Below, one piece after another: positions 24,374 to 38,500 of a stretch of 64,000 nucleotides of DNA. Source of the stretch: Bigelowiella natans CCMP2755 (taxonomy: Eukaryota; Protista; Cercozoa); contig ADNK01000976.1 in assembly GCA_000320545.1 (NCBI GenBank), positions 40,626-104,625 of the forward strand, given 5' to 3'. Position 1 is the stretch's first letter. Every line of letters begins with the position of its first letter. Position numbers and translations under genes: made by a program. The notes under the pieces are model-generated. The model did not search any database and had not been told where the DNA came from. It worked only from the letters and a program-made list of their open reading frames with translations.

Positions 24374-25201
24374 TTACTACTACCTGAGGAAAATTCATTC
24401 TTTTGGCTTCCCGACTGTCCAGAGGTATTAGACCCAGTCTATGGGACAAGAACTGTGGAACAAAGAAGCAGACGTGAGGATCATGATGATGATAATGATG
24501 ATGATTACCGGAAACTACACTTGCTGTAAGGAAGGCAGTACTAGTGTTACTACTATTACTACTATCACACACCTCATCGTGAAGAACGGTAGTGTTGCTA
24601 AATATTTCCACGAATTCGATTGCCAGAGTAGGTACCTCAGCTATCATAATCCTGGATAGTACACACATTTTGAGAAGTATATATTGACCATGGGAGATGA
24701 GTATTTCACCTGCGCAAGGTATTCGCAGTAGTAAGGTCAGTGCCCTTGAGTTCAAATTTAATATGGCCTTTTTCAAGCTGAAAGAGTATTATTGCAGCGA
24801 TTTAGTCAGTACCCAATGCTGATGTGAGAGAGATTTACAGCTTTCTACCTCTAAAACATTTATTTTCGGGGATCTCTCCTTGTAATATCTGTATTATTCA
24901 CACAGAAATCAGTCGACCAAACATTAGACACGATTTGGATCCACGTTATTCAGCAGGAAAACAGAAGGGGCCTTGAAGTAAGGGTCTGCGCATCACTCTC
25001 GAGAAGTTTAGATAACCAAACACGTACAGAGCACACGAACGCGAACACAAATACGCCTGCGCACACGCAAAGACACTCCACACCAACAGACACAATGCAC
25101 ACGCAAAAGGGCACTTTCGGGAGGTCATCTTGAGTTGTGGCGAAGACATTACAGATAATCTCGAGAGATCTCGAACAACTGCAATACCGGGGAAGATTCA
25201 T
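22757..25201 (-). CDS. RPB3: RNA polymerase II subunit RPB3 (POLR2C); ~14 short exons
   Basis: Spliced sequence PKINVLE|LEKGHIKFELKGTDLTTANTLRR|IMIAEVPTLAI...VLHDE|FLSHRLGLIPL. It has the RPB3-type Zn motif DCYCKTGCSKC, plus LGKRQELKFRAIATK|NIGKEHAKWIP and FIFTVE|TTGVLPPEEIV. Confidence 0.92.
23586..23651. repeat. Compound (CA)n-(TA)n microsatellite in an RPB3 intron
   Basis: Directly visible. Confidence 0.9.
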
Positions 25202-25601
25202 GATACATCCTGGAAATTGCCTAAATTTTTACCATTGCGACAAGCAGTAAATTGGGGCAGAATTCGAATTGGAAAAGTGGCGCCACCACAGCACAAGCAT
25301 CAGCAAAATTGAATCAGGCCAGTATTTATCGAACAATCAACGGGCGGCCTGTCAGAAGGCTTTCTCGATACAAGGTCGCCGTTCAACGACGTAAACTAAT
25401 TTAGGCTGGAATAGACAACATTATAGGGTGAAATTGCGGGAAAATCAGTGAAAAAAATTACAAAAACTTTTTCGTCTATACGCTTTTCTCTAACCTTCCT
25501 TGCTTCCGCCCCCAGAAATGCGGACCGCGTGATGGTGCTCTATTGGTATAGATCCGAGCTGCAGAGGGCGTTCAAGGAGTGAAGTCATCACCCCCTAAAC
25601 T
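25202..25601. promoter_or_regulatory. Bidirectional promoter region RPB3 <> KMT2-like gene
   Basis: ~400 nt between divergent ATGs; TGCGACA at 25236-25242. Confidence 0.55.
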
Positions 25602-28600
25602 ATGGGGAACCGGAAGAGGAAGAGGACGAGCGAATCAAGATGCATCCGGAAACGAAATACGGAAAGACGGCTCCAGATTGTGGAGCATGTTATTGGCGAA
25701 AGACTTTGCCTCCTTCCTGGGATCCAGAAACTCGAGCCCTCGAATGTTGAGAACCCCTCCTTCACTGTTCCAATACCCCCTATTATATCGGATGGTAAAG
25801 TGGCCTGGACTCTTGAGGATGAACGGGGGGCTCTGCGGCACCGTCTTGCAAAGCAGCGTCAGCTCTTTATCGGTATTCAATAATTTTGTCACTTCAAATT
25901 TGGAGAGATTTACAACAGTATAAAGCTACATTTGATGAGCAGCTGCAACGATTTCAGAGTTCTTTGTGTGAGGGAAAATACTCTCGAGTTATTCGTGTCA
26001 AAATTCTTAAATCAACACTGGCCATACTGTCCAATAACACAGCCGCACTAACTGAGAAGCCTGAACATGTTCGATTAAATTTATACCAGATAAACACCGT
26101 GAGATAGCTCGAAGTGCTATAGAGAAGGGGACTTTCTCAGGATTGAATACATTTTTCGAAATCGAGGACGCCATTGCGAAGAGGGTATAGAAATGCACTT
26201 TGCAGAGTCTGAAATTCTGAGCCTATAACTCACCTCAGAAACAAACGGAGAACGATCAAGAAATGGAATCAGAAACTCCAAAGAAGAAATCTGGTAGCTT
26301 CCTCGACGACGACAACACGTTCAACTTCAAGTTCCTGTGCGGCACTCTGATCCGAATTTGCCTTGACGGTGACGCGGATTGGCGCCGGGCAGTCATAACA
26401 GATTATAAGTAAGTCACAAAAAGTTTATTTGCTTATATTTTCTTTCTCATTATCATACAAGGAACTTCGTGCAAACCTCAATTCTAAGGAAATCTTCAGC
26501 AATAAAACCCACCATCCGTACTTTATTAGCCCTTTGGAGCGAAAGCACCGACTAGAGGTCGAGGATAGAAATGCCAAGGTAATAATGCAGATAAATCATA
26601 ATAGATCGACTATGACCCTCCTTCATGATTTTTTCCCCTCTGGCCAGGAACACTTGATAGCTGGATGGGAAAAGGAGGAGGAAGAGGAGGAAGAGAATAA
26701 CGCTAAAGAGCAGCAGGACGATAAAAAGGGAAAGAAGGAGAACGATAGCAAAGGGAGCGATACAGACAAGACTGAGTCCGACTCTGAGCCAGAGATGACA
26801 ACCCGACGAGGGGCGGACCGAAAGAAAGAGAAAATGGATCCGAAGAAGAAGAAGGAGCTCGAGCACGAGATTCGCTTTGCAGGTGAACTCGGGCGTTGCC
26901 GGCCCAAATGGTACACGCTGTCTGAGTACAACATCCAAGAATCGCTGGGGGTATGCTGGGTGAAGGTTAAAGGCCTACCTCTCTGGCCATCGCAGGTCAC
27001 GCGTGATCACGAGCCTGGGGCGGAGGAGGACACGAGACTTGACCGCGTAATGACGATCTTTCTCGGCAAGAACTCCCACGCCTACCAACACAGGTCAAAG
27101 CTGCTGCGGTGGGAAGAGCGCATGCAAGACAAAAACAAGCGCCGACACAGTCAGCGAGCAGACGCGCAGAACGCGATAAGAATGGGCCAGTCGATGAAAC
27201 TGCTTCACGACGCGCTTGCACAACGCTACAGCAAACAGAGGATCCGTCAGCTGGAAAAACTCCAAAAATCTACCGCCCCCCCTGAAGACTGGGTCGGGAA
27301 GCGCCTTGAGGTTTTCTTTGACGATGTGCGAGACTATTTTCCTGGCACAATTCTCCGGTGGAACCGAGTAGAGAAGAAGCATTTCATCCTCTACGACGAC
27401 GGGGAAAACGAGTGGGCCAATGTTACAGATATGAAGCAACCGCAGGAGATCAGGCTGCTGGACGACGATGTGTTGGACGAAAAAGAGGACGAGTTGGAGA
27501 AGATGAAGGAGGAAGCAAAATCTCTCAGCCATGTGTGCTGGTTTTGTCACTCACGGGTTAGAGGCAGGGACCGAGGAGGTGATGATAATTTGGCGGCAGC
27601 AAACACAAAGACGTCGCCGACGTCACCAACAGCGGTGGAAAGAGGCGTTACAGAGCACAAAGATCACAGGTGCGTGGGCTGTGGGCGAGCGTGCCATGAG
27701 CACTGCATCCAGGCATTCAAGGAGAAGATCCTGCAGGAGCACGACCTTGAGTCTCTCAACCGCTCACTCTCAACGACAGCTGTCAAAATAGATAGTGGTG
27801 CGTTCGGAGGGCCGACACGGCCTTGGTGCGACGATTGTGCAAGCCGCTGCCAGCACTGCAAGATGACAAACAAGAAATCCAAGACGAGTCCCATGCTTGC
27901 CTGTCAGATCTGCCAGCGGCGGTACCATGCCGACTGCCTTGATCCAAAAATCACGTCTGTCCCGCAAGAGGGATGGGTGTGCAACGATTGCATGTGTTGC
28001 CAATGCTGCGGCACGTCGAGAGAGGCTGAGACCAGCCGCTACTTAGGGTTAGTCAAAGCACGCTCAGAGAGCAAAAATGAAGTCCAAAAACCGCAGCCGG
28101 TTCCGAAGCTCAAGCTGTCTTCGGGGAAATCTCGCTCACGAGGCAACTCACGCAGCGCGAAGAAAGGTACCGAAAGTTCATTCACTTGCCTTTTTTCTCC
28201 TCTTATACTCATCCGCCTGTCCGATGCACCTCTCATCACCCACCGTTAGCAAGTAAAGCATGGCTGATGATTGCAATAATACAGGTGGAAAGAGTGGTGG
28301 CAACAGCAGCAGCAGCAGTAGTGGTGGTGGTGGGGCGAAACAAGAAGGTGAGGGGAACGTGCGACTTCCCGAATGGATGCTCTCCACGATATGTCCACCA
28401 TGCACGGACAAGTTTGAGCTTCGCCGCTACTGCCCTGGGTGCACTCTGCCTCTGGAAGACGATGCTACCGCCGAGGAAACGGTCAGCTGCGACACTTGCT
28501 CACGTAGGGTCCATATGAAATGCAGCGGCCTGGAGCCGGCCGCATACGAGTTCTTATTGAAAGCACGAGCAGCCAAGATTGAGTGGGAGGAAGCAGAGGC

Positions 28601-31600
28601 AGCGAGACGGATGGCCCTAGAAAAGAAGAATAATATGCGGGAGGAGGGGACCGACATCGCTGCGGAAAACGACGAGAAGCAGGAGGAGGAGGAAGAGGTG
28701 GATAACGAAAGTGACTCTGATAATGCGAATGAAGCCCGGAAAAAGGCCACCACTCCAACAACTACAACAACTACTACCCCGAGCACCCCGCCCGAAAGCA
28801 AGAAAGCAATCTCACTTCGCTCTAATATGAATATGGCGGCCAGTCGCATGGGCGCTTCCACCATCGCTACCGCGGCCATGAACTTGCGTTACGAGTGCCC
28901 CGAATGCGTTTCACGCAGAGAGTCAAGGTACATGGGCCAGGTGATCGAGCGGCTAATGAGAGAAGACCAACACCGTGTCTTCTACCTGCCTGTTTCGGAC
29001 GTCCACGCTCCCAACTACTCGCGTATCATCAAGACTCCGATGGACTTCAAGACCATTTGCGGGCGGCTGCATAACCTAGTCTACGAGAAAGCCGAGAACC
29101 TGAAGCAGCACGTGAATCTCATCTGGCGAAATGCGCTTGACTACAACCCCTCCGAGAACATGGTGGCCAGGCTTGCGATACGGCTTCAGAAGCTTTCCGT
29201 TGGGCTGTTTGCCAGGCTGGAGCAGCGCCTCCAAAAGGCGAAGGATGAGCAGAAATGGAAAACGGGCCGGGAAGACGATCTCCTCGCCCTCACTGCGGCA
29301 AAGATTCCGATAACAGGAGGCATGGGGCAATCTGAAGAAGAGGAGGGTAAGCAATCTCCCCTTGATAAGAGCGGGGAGGGGGGGGAGGAGGAGGAGGAGA
29401 CGGCGCTTCTGGAGTACCCTTCAAGTGGCGGTACTAGCAACGGCAACATCGGCGAAGATCCCAGGACCATTCTGTCCTCATACCCTCAGAGAGCGTTTGA
29501 GATATCCAAGGGGGCTTTGCAGCGTGGTTTTGCCTATGGCGAGAATGGTCGTCGCAGAGGGCTGGTGAGACGCATATCATACGTCGATGCTTGCTCCGTC
29601 TGTGGATCCATGGGTGACTGGGACAAAATGGCGTTCTGTGTGGACTGCGGGGAGGCCATCCACGTCTACTGCCTCTCGGTTCCTGCCCGACACCGCTGGG
29701 AGAGGGCGGACGTCGAGCACCTTTCTGCTGCTGGTGGTGATGATGCCGACGAGACCACGACCGGGATGCGGCTGCGATGGCAGTGCGACAATTGCGTGAC
29801 GTGCGTCCACTGTGGGGACGGCGGTGACAGAAAGACCGTGGTAGTCTGCCAGGACTGCGGTTCGGTCTCCCACGCCAAGTGCGCAAAGCCACCGGTTGAT
29901 AACCCTGAGTTGCCGTTTCGCTGCGAGAAATGCGTTCGTTGTCGACACTGTGGGTCCAGGGATCCAAACGGGCTGCTGCCTGAGAACAGGTTATTAAAGG
30001 GAAAGGACACAGCGGCTACGCAGCAGCAGCAGCATGGCTGGATGTTCAACTTCACCATGTGCCACCCATGCGGGACTCTTTATCAACAGCGCAAGTACTG
30101 CCCTATCTGCGACGAAATATGGGCGGATGCGACGGGCAAAACCATCGGGAATGACAACAGTTTCGTCCAGTGCGACCGTTGCAAGATGTGGGTTCATACG
30201 CACTGCGACGATATTCTGGACGATGACGCTCTCAACCTGCTCGACGAGGATGTAGACTATTTCTGCCCCGACTGCCGGCGCATGACCATTTCAGCAGCAG
30301 CAGCCACCGCAGCAGCAGCAGCAACTGCGGGCAGGAACGGAGGCGCCAGTGCCGATATGATGATGATGGCGGGGGAAGAAGGGGAAAGAGGCCGACTGAA
30401 GTCAGGCGAGTCGGCGTCCAACAACGAAATGGCGCTGATGCTCAAGACGAATAGGCACCAGTCTCTATCGATTGCTCCTACACTCATCAAAAACTATCTG
30501 TATTACCGGCAGCGCATGCTCCAGATCCTAAGGATGCGCTTCAATATCCACGACAACACCAGCTCTGATGACAAGAAGTTTTTCGCGCGCATGCGGCAAG
30601 AGATCACGCGTATTCAGTGTATCCGGAAGCGACGCCGCCGCAAATTGCTCTTGCATAAGCGGCGACGGGCCGTCCTGGATGAAGCTGGGTTCCATGATAT
30701 GGAAGGCAAGGTGTTGGGAGGGGAAGGCAGCAAAACAAAGATCAGGAAAGTCTACCCCGAGAGGCGCTATTCGACAGAGCAAAAGCGGCTGCGGAACCTC
30801 TTTCCAGCACTATTGAAGAAAGAGGCTCCGAAGCCGTCGCCACAGCAAAAGAAGGCCAAAAAGACAGAAAAATCGGTGAATCCACAGGATCTTGCTCCTC
30901 GCACAAATACATCGCTGCGGCAGCGATTGCGGCTGCTGGAACAAAAGTACATGGAAATGGATGGGCGAGGGGAAGTGCAAGTGCAGCAGATCAAACAATC
31001 CATGATCCGCAAATATCGTGAGTGGACTAGCATGCGAATAGTCACAGAAGAGGAGAAGCAGCGCCTTGTTTCTTCGACCAAAACCGAGATCGAGCGATTA
31101 CAGGAGATCAACGCGCACCAAAAATCGCAATATCTCCTCGAGATCGAGAAAGTCCAACGTCAGATCACTGCGTTTACAGAGGCAGAAGGAAAGCGTGTGC
31201 GGGATCTAAAGGCCAAGATTGCGGCCGAGGAAAAGGCTAAGAACGACATCAGAATCCAGCAGCAGAAGCAGAAGCAGCTTCTAGCCTCACAGGATGCAGC
31301 CCCGCAGAAAGAAACGATGAATCCCAAAGAGGCGGCCGGGTTAAACAGAAATAAAGAGGCGATGAGTTCCGAAGGGAAGGCGGCCGAATTAAAGCAGAAG
31401 GAGCAAGAGGAGAGGGAGAAAAGCTGCGAAAACCCTACTACCACCGCAGCAGTAGTACATGTTAAGACTGAGAAGACGAAGGCTGACGACATGGATGTTG
31501 ATGCTACCGTTGACCAAAACAAAGATAAAACCATCGGTGTCATCGATAAGAAGGAGGAGGCTGGTAAGGAGGTGCGAAAAGATGGACAAGCTGCTGCTGC

Positions 31601-32436
31601 TGCTGCTGTCGGTGAATCAAAGAGCGATGGTCAGCATGCAACTACAGACGTGAAGGGTGACGAAAAGATGGCGGTGGTAGTGGACGATGATAGAAAGGAC
31701 AAAGAGCAACAGGAGAAAGAGGCCTTGAAGCTGCGCCGCTCCTCCGTGAAAAACCCAGCCATCATGCCAGAACCGACGACGACGAAGACAACATCGACGA
31801 AGGCAACGGCAACGAAGACCCGGCATGAGGAAGTAAAAGAAGAAGCTGGTATGGACCATCAAGGTAGCAGGTCTTCGCCAGGCAGCACCTTTCTACATCT
31901 CAGCCCCTGCATGCTGTGTGGGAAGGATTCGGGGTTCTTGCCGTCCTCCTCGCAGTCGTCGCGCTACTGCTCACAGCAGCAGCAGCAGCAGCAACAACAA
32001 CAACAACAACATTTGCCGTCTCCTTCGTCGTCCATCGTTGCAAGGGAGGGTAGGTTCTTGCCGGTGATATCTAAGAGTCACGTGCTTCTAGGCTATGTTC
32101 ATAGCAATTGTGCCCTTTGGTCAATGGGGGTGGTTAAACAAGAAGACCGACTTGGCAACACTCTCCTCCGCAATGTGCACAATGTCGTCCAACGCGCCGC
32201 CAAAACCCGGTGCAGCGTTTGCAGGGAGCCTGGGGCCAGCCTTAAATGCGCCGAGAAGGATTGCGACAAGGCGTACCATTTTGGCTGCATGTTCTGCCCC
32301 TCGGCCAAGACGAAACCGATATTCTTGAATGACGGGCGGGTAAGCCATCACATATCACATCGAGGAGGAGTGCAAGGAATGCTATGAGATATTAATCCAT
32401 TGCCACAACGCCCAGACTCATCACATTCACCATCAC

Positions 32437-32469
<33 letters not shown>

Positions 32470-34541
32470 TGCCACCATCATCACCATCCGCAATACATTC
32501 GTGCTGCAAATGCATGCGCATCCCCCTTTTTTCTAATGCGTCGTCATCGTCGTCGTCGTCCCCCTCCTCCTCTCTCTCTCTCTTGCTGATCTTTCCACAG
32601 GTATTCTGCCCGGACCATATTCGAAAGGCAAACAGCAAGATGGTTCTTCGTGATGGCCCCTCTGAGAACTCGACTGAGCGAAGGCTGCTTGTCGAAGTGA
32701 TCGCAGAGCCTTCTTCCCTCTCTGACGGCGGCAAGGACGTGGCGGTTTCGTCTTCGGATGCTCTATCCGTCGCTGAAGAAAGCGCAAGGAGCACTGAGAA
32801 TCGTGACGATCAAGACCGGCTCGACGATCTTCAATTAGGGTCAATTGCAGCAGAAGAGTTGCTTGATAGGTCCAGGTCAAGATGGCAACACGCATCATCG
32901 TCGTCGCCCCAGCAGGAAGTGAAGGACGAGGAGGATGAAAAAGAAGGCTTGCCGATTAAGCCCTCCAAACGCGTCTGGACGCGTGTAGGTACGCTATGTG
33001 TACACCGCCTGGGAGCCATCGAGCACAGAAACCCTCACTTTCACTCCAAGCACTTCATTTTCCCCAGCGGGTTCAAAAGTACAAGGATTTGGTGGGATGT
33101 CTATCGCCCCGGCCACCGTGCGGTCTACGAATGCGAAGTTGTTTATGAGCGCCATAGAGAGTGGCCTTCCTTTCGGATTTTGGGGCCTAAGCAGCAGTCG
33201 ACGACAGGCAACAACGACAACAACAACAACAACAGTAACAGGTTGATAATATCTGAGTGTACTGCGTTGAAGGCGTGGCGAGAGCTAGCGGCTCTAGCCA
33301 AAAGCCATTTGGTAGGTCGTAAGACCTCATTACGTGGAAAGGGGGAGGGGCGAGAAGAGGAGGACGGAGGAGGGGGAGGAGCAGGAGGAGGAGGAGGAGG
33401 ATCGATACATCGGGAAAAAGATGGCGGTGGTGGTGGTGATGATAAGGATGATGATGATGATGATGATAACGATGATGATGCTGATGACGATGAGGACTTC
33501 CTACTCGGGCATGGTCGAGGGCCATTTGGATTGTCCGGGGCACAGTTCTTTGGCTTCGGTCAGCCAGAAATAGTGCGGAAGATCGAGCATCTTCACGGGG
33601 CGCATCGCTGCTTGGACTACGTCTTCCTGTACCGCACAGACGAGGAAATAGCTGCTCTCCGGGCCCAGGACGACGAAGTGTTCGATCCCCGCTGGGTTAC
33701 GGATCGTAAGAACCCATTTGGCATCTCACTGCATAGGAGGAAGAGGAAGATGATGAGGAATATCAAGGCCCTCGAAGCAGCGCTTGGGGAAAAAGAAGAA
33801 GGAGATGATGATGATGAAGAAGAAAAGGAAGACGAGACTGGAGAGGGGGCTGAAAGGCTTAGCCGTGCATCGTCCACGGCAACTAACCACTCCATCGATC
33901 CGCCTCCTCATACTGCGCTAAGTTACTGCGCGCGCGCTACTCCATGTGAGATGACGGCAGCGAAAACCACCCCACTCGACTTCCGTGAGCTGTTTACCAA
34001 GAGCTTTGGCCGTCGCCTGAAAGGAGAAGCATCCAAGCTCAACTTCGAGCTCCGGTACCCGGAGGACCTAAATCTAGAGATGAAGAAGCGCTACAAACGC
34101 CTGAAACGCCGCCGCGACAAGTGCGTCGTGATGCCGAGCCAGATCCACGCATGGGGGTTGTTCGCTACTGAGCACATCGGACGCCACGAAATGGTTATCG
34201 AGTACCTCGGAGAGCTGATCAGGCAGAGCGTTGCAGACGTCCGTGAGAAGAAGTACGATGCAGAAGGCATCGGGTCATGCTACATGTTCAAGCTTGATGA
34301 GGACTATGTCGTAGACTCAACGTCGCGAGGAAACATCTCCAGATTCATCAACCACTCATGCGACCCCAACTGCTATACGGAAGTCGTCAGCAGTGGGGGG
34401 GCAAATAAAATCGTTGTGCTTGCAAAACGAGACATCTACAAGGGGGAGGAGATAACCTACGACTACAAGTTTCAGTCGGAAAAGGGGGAAGGAATTCTCT
34501 GCTACTGTGGGGCAGCCAACTGCGCTGGCCGTCTGAATTAA
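25602..34541 (+). CDS. KMT2/Trithorax-like histone H3K4 methyltransferase (Tudor, PWWP, multiple PHD, bromodomain, ePHD, FYRN/FYRC, Win, SET, post-SET)
   Basis: Three long ORFs are joined by GT-AG introns (~28168-28249, ~32340-32600). Motifs: PWWP CWVKVKGLPLWPS, bromodomain APNYSRIIKTPMDF...NALDYN, ePHD HSNCALWS...CSVCREPGASLKC, FYRN IFPSGFKSTRIWW, FYRC GLSGAQFFGF, SET IHAWGLFA...RFINHSCDPNC...EEITYDYKF, post-SET CYCGAANCAGRLN. The start is inferred. Confidence 0.92.
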
Positions 34542-34628
34542 TTTCCATATTGTTATTGCACGGAAAACGGTGGGGCGGCGGTTATTCGCAACGAATACTG
34601 ACATATTGTGCGTGTAGGGATATCGCTA

Positions 34629-34631
<3 letters not shown>

Positions 34632-34679
<48 letters not shown>
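34632..34679. repeat. (TA)n microsatellite just 3' of the KMT2-like stop
   Basis: Directly visible. Confidence 0.9.
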
Positions 34680-34681
<2 letters not shown>

Positions 34682-34929
34682 TCCTCTGCGCGGTATGCGC
34701 ACGTAAAAACTTCAGAAAAGAGAAGCCTTCGACATTAAATATGAGAAGGCTCTTTTAAGGCTTTTGCGATATTCTCAATCTCAATCCCAGCTCCACGCAC
34801 GAAGTTCTTAAATCGATCTGGTGACAGTGTTATTGAAGTTAGCCAAATGTGAATATCAAGCAGGTGCACGAATCGATAACTGTTAACTACACACTTAAGT
34901 CCTAATGGTGTTCTTTCTGAATAGAGCCA

Positions 34930-35587
34930 CATTTAAGTGCATATTCCATTCGCGCCGTCGCAAGTCTAGCACCATTGCACGTCCATGCATGAAGTACAAA
35001 GTGTTAGCCTGCACACTGTATCATAAGCTATCGAAGGCCATTGCACGCTGCGCGGTGTGCATACGGCGGTACGTACGTCTGTGTACGTGTATACATTTGT
35101 GCATCCTTGCATGGCGGCACAAAACATAGCATGGAGAGCATACACACACTATAACACACAAACACACAGAGAGAGAGAGAGAGATGAAGAGAGAGCACAG
35201 CGCAACATCTCTGGCACTCTAGCTGGCACGGGACCTGCTGTTCACTTTCGTTTGTCCGGTCAGTGGTGTCGCGCGCGCGCCACGCTCTGGACGCTAGCTA
35301 GCTAGCACGACACATGGCTGCATGCGGAGCCAAAGCTGTGTCGCGTGCTGTGTGAGTGTGTGAGGCGCACTACAAGTTTGTTCCACACGTTCCACGTAAG
35401 TGCTAGTCTAGTGGTCTTTGACAGCGATGCCGGCGGCAACAAACGCACAGATGGAGCATCATGCGGCGGATCTGTGTTTCTAGGTTTGTTGAAAGTGAAA
35501 CCATGCGTCTGCAACATGCGGCACGCACATTGGACAGTGAAATGGCCACGCCCATCTACTAGTCACTCACTTGTGTGTCATGCAAAT
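34930..35587. other. CTAG/palindrome-rich convergent intergenic zone (KMT2-like >< kinesin-2)
   Basis: GCTAGCTAGCTAGC at 35293-35306, GCTAGTCTAG, CGTACGTACG, a (CG)n run and TGCA-rich sequence. Confidence 0.65.
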
Positions 35588-38500
35588 TCATGCCCTGAAC
35601 TGCGGGCGTCGGGTTGCAGGAAAATCAAACAAGGGGTTGTGATTATCCTGATGCTCGATTTTAGCAGGTTGAAACCGTGGCCGGGTGATTGTCGGAGCAT
35701 CCTTGATGATGGACTGGCGCGTGCCATGTTCCGAGCCTGCGAAGCTCATTCGATCCCTCGCTGGTTCAAACTTAGGTTTTGGTTTCGGAGCGTTGCCAAG
35801 TAGTGCTGACAGGTCTACTTCCTTCGCCGAAGTGCTAATCACGGGAACAGGTGCAGGCTCAAATTTCTTGCGGACTGGCGCATCGTTTAGTTGGTCGATC
35901 ACGGAATTGCTTTTCGAACGTCCAATCGAACCCATAAGGGTTATGGAGTTTCCCCGATCCGCACGGCGAGGAAGGCTGCTCTTTAAGGGCGTCTTGTCCC
36001 TTTTTGCAAGGAGAAATCTATCTTCTTGTCGTTTGCGTACCGGCGATCTTCCTTTGCGGGGAACTCTATGAACTTCCCCTCCTCCCCCCGCCCCCCCTCC
36101 TTCAAAACCAACTGAACCAACTGGGCTCCTGAATGAAGGGCCATTGGCTCCGCCCCCTAAGCTCTTGAGTCTAGCTGGAGCTTTGTGCGCAATCTGCTGC
36201 TCGAAAGAGACATCGCCAGTGTAGTATGATCGTTTTTTCGATTTGTATGAACTACGCGACGCGCTTCCGGAAGGACGTGCCCCTAGCGAAATCGAAGATC
36301 TTTCATAATTTGCAGACCAATGCCTGCCTTGTGAAACGTCGTCACGGCCTGAAGAATGCGTTCAATCAGTTTACAAGGTAAAACTCGAGGACATTAACAG
36401 CGCACAACAAAGTTAGTGGAGGAGTATGAGTAAGTCACAGGGTAGGAATTGGAAAGAATATGAAGGGAAGAGAAGTCTAAGGCATGTATATTAAAACCTC
36501 GGCTTTGATCCCTGCTACGACTATTGCTCCGTAACTTTGGAAAAGCTGTCTGAAATTCAATTTCAGGCAGCTTCCAGCAATCTTCCTCGTCATCCCATTT
36601 TGAGGTCTTTACTATTTTGTCAACGAACTTATCTGGGACAACTTTCCTTAGAAGTTGCTTGTGCAGACTCATCTCACGATATATCTCACGAATATTGCTG
36701 AGATAGCCCTCGCGCTCGTTTTCAAATTCGTCCTGAAGATCCTTAATTTCCTGCTTCGACCCTGCAATCTCCTTCTTTGCTAGTTTATACATTGTACGAA
36801 GTTTCTTGAGTTTTTTTGTCTTGCCTTGTATTTCCTCTTGGATGTCAGCATATTTGTCTTCAAGGAAGACCTTCTCTTCCTGAAGTTTTTTTTGCTTCCT
36901 CTCCAGCTCGAGCTTTTCTTGCTTTTCTTTCAACGCTTTTCGCCTAGCATCGTCAATCCTCCTTTTCCCCTCAGCATCAGATGTGTTGATTTCCCCTCCT
37001 TCAAGCAGCTTTTCCTGCAGGATTGCAAGCTGCTTTTCGAAATCGGCCTTTTGATTTGCGGCGCTCTCTCTTTCCTTTTGGATCAAACGCTTCAATTCAT
37101 CATCGTGCTCTTTTAGGTCGCGTGTGTCTTGTTTGACTTGCTCTGCTATCTGTTGAGCTAAATTTCTCCTATCGGCAATTTGGCGTTCGATTGCCTTTTC
37201 TTCCTTGTCCATCATGTTTGTCTGTTGGATGATCTCAGCCGATTTTTCATATTCATCGTCTCCGTAACTGCAAGATTCATTCGCTTTGTTAGCATTGCCT
37301 GCAAGATTACTGGTGCTATCTAATTTCTGTGGCAAGTGAGATGTATTTCTCGAGAGCTTTGAGTTCTCACGATGTCCGACTCCATCCTCATGAGGTGTAA
37401 GCTTGAGCCTTTGTGACGAACTCGTGGTGTCCTTGCCTTCTGAGCGCCTTCTAGAGGCCTTCCATTCTGCTGCTTCGTTGAGAACCTTTTGCTTTAGGGC
37501 AGTTTTCTCTTGTAACAGCTGCTCCCGGTCTTGCTGTAGTTTTGCAATGCGTTGCTTCTCCTCCCGGAGTCGTGTCATCAGTTCCTCGGTTTTGCGTTTA
37601 CTTTCTTCTTGCATTTTGCTCAACTCAGCCTTCAATATATATTTAATGTTTGAGTGTGTGTGTGTGTGTGTGTGTGTGCTGTGTATGTGTGTATACTCGC
37701 TGCCTACTTTTTGTGTATGCACACACAACACAACAAAAACACAAAAAACGCATGCGTGTGCGCACACCTTCATTTTTCCAATATCTGCCTGGTCTTCTAC
37801 CACACGGACTTGCCCTCCACTCTCTACTTTAAGTTTTTTCTGATTTGTGGACGCTTCTGCTTGATTGGACTTTGACTCTGCTGGAGCTGGGATTGGCATT
37901 GGAAGTCCATTAGCCTGAGCTGTCAGCATCGCTTTTAGTCTCTTAATTTCTTCTTGGTACTCTCGCAAGAGGGCATCTTTTGGGTCTTCATTCTTCACAG
38001 GTTTATTCTTGATAGCCTTTGCACGGTTCGCATAACGGAGGGTACTTAGTGTTTCATCGTAGTTGTAATCGGCAGGAGAGACGGCAGCAATCATGACGGT
38101 TTTGGTGTTGCCACCGAGGGAGTCTTGAAGTAACCGAGTAAGTTTTGAATCACGGTATGGAATATGCTTGGCTTTTTTAGATGTTAATGCAGAAATGACA
38201 TTTCCCAGCGCGGAAAGCGAAAGATTTATGTTCTTCGCCTCGGTTAGACGCATTCCCTATTTACCAAAAGACAAGTAAAAATATAGGAAAAATTGCATAA
38301 TGAGAGAATTGTTGGACCTCTGCCCCTGTCTTGCTTTGACGTTCACTTCCAGCAAGATCGACTAAATTCAGCTTGCCAGCAGTGAACCGATCGTCATTTG
38401 TTTCTTCATCATGCGTCACGGTTTCAATGTTGATGACAAAGATCGAATGACTCCGAGAGGAACCCGCTGCACAATTAATGATATGTTTCAAACTTTCGCG

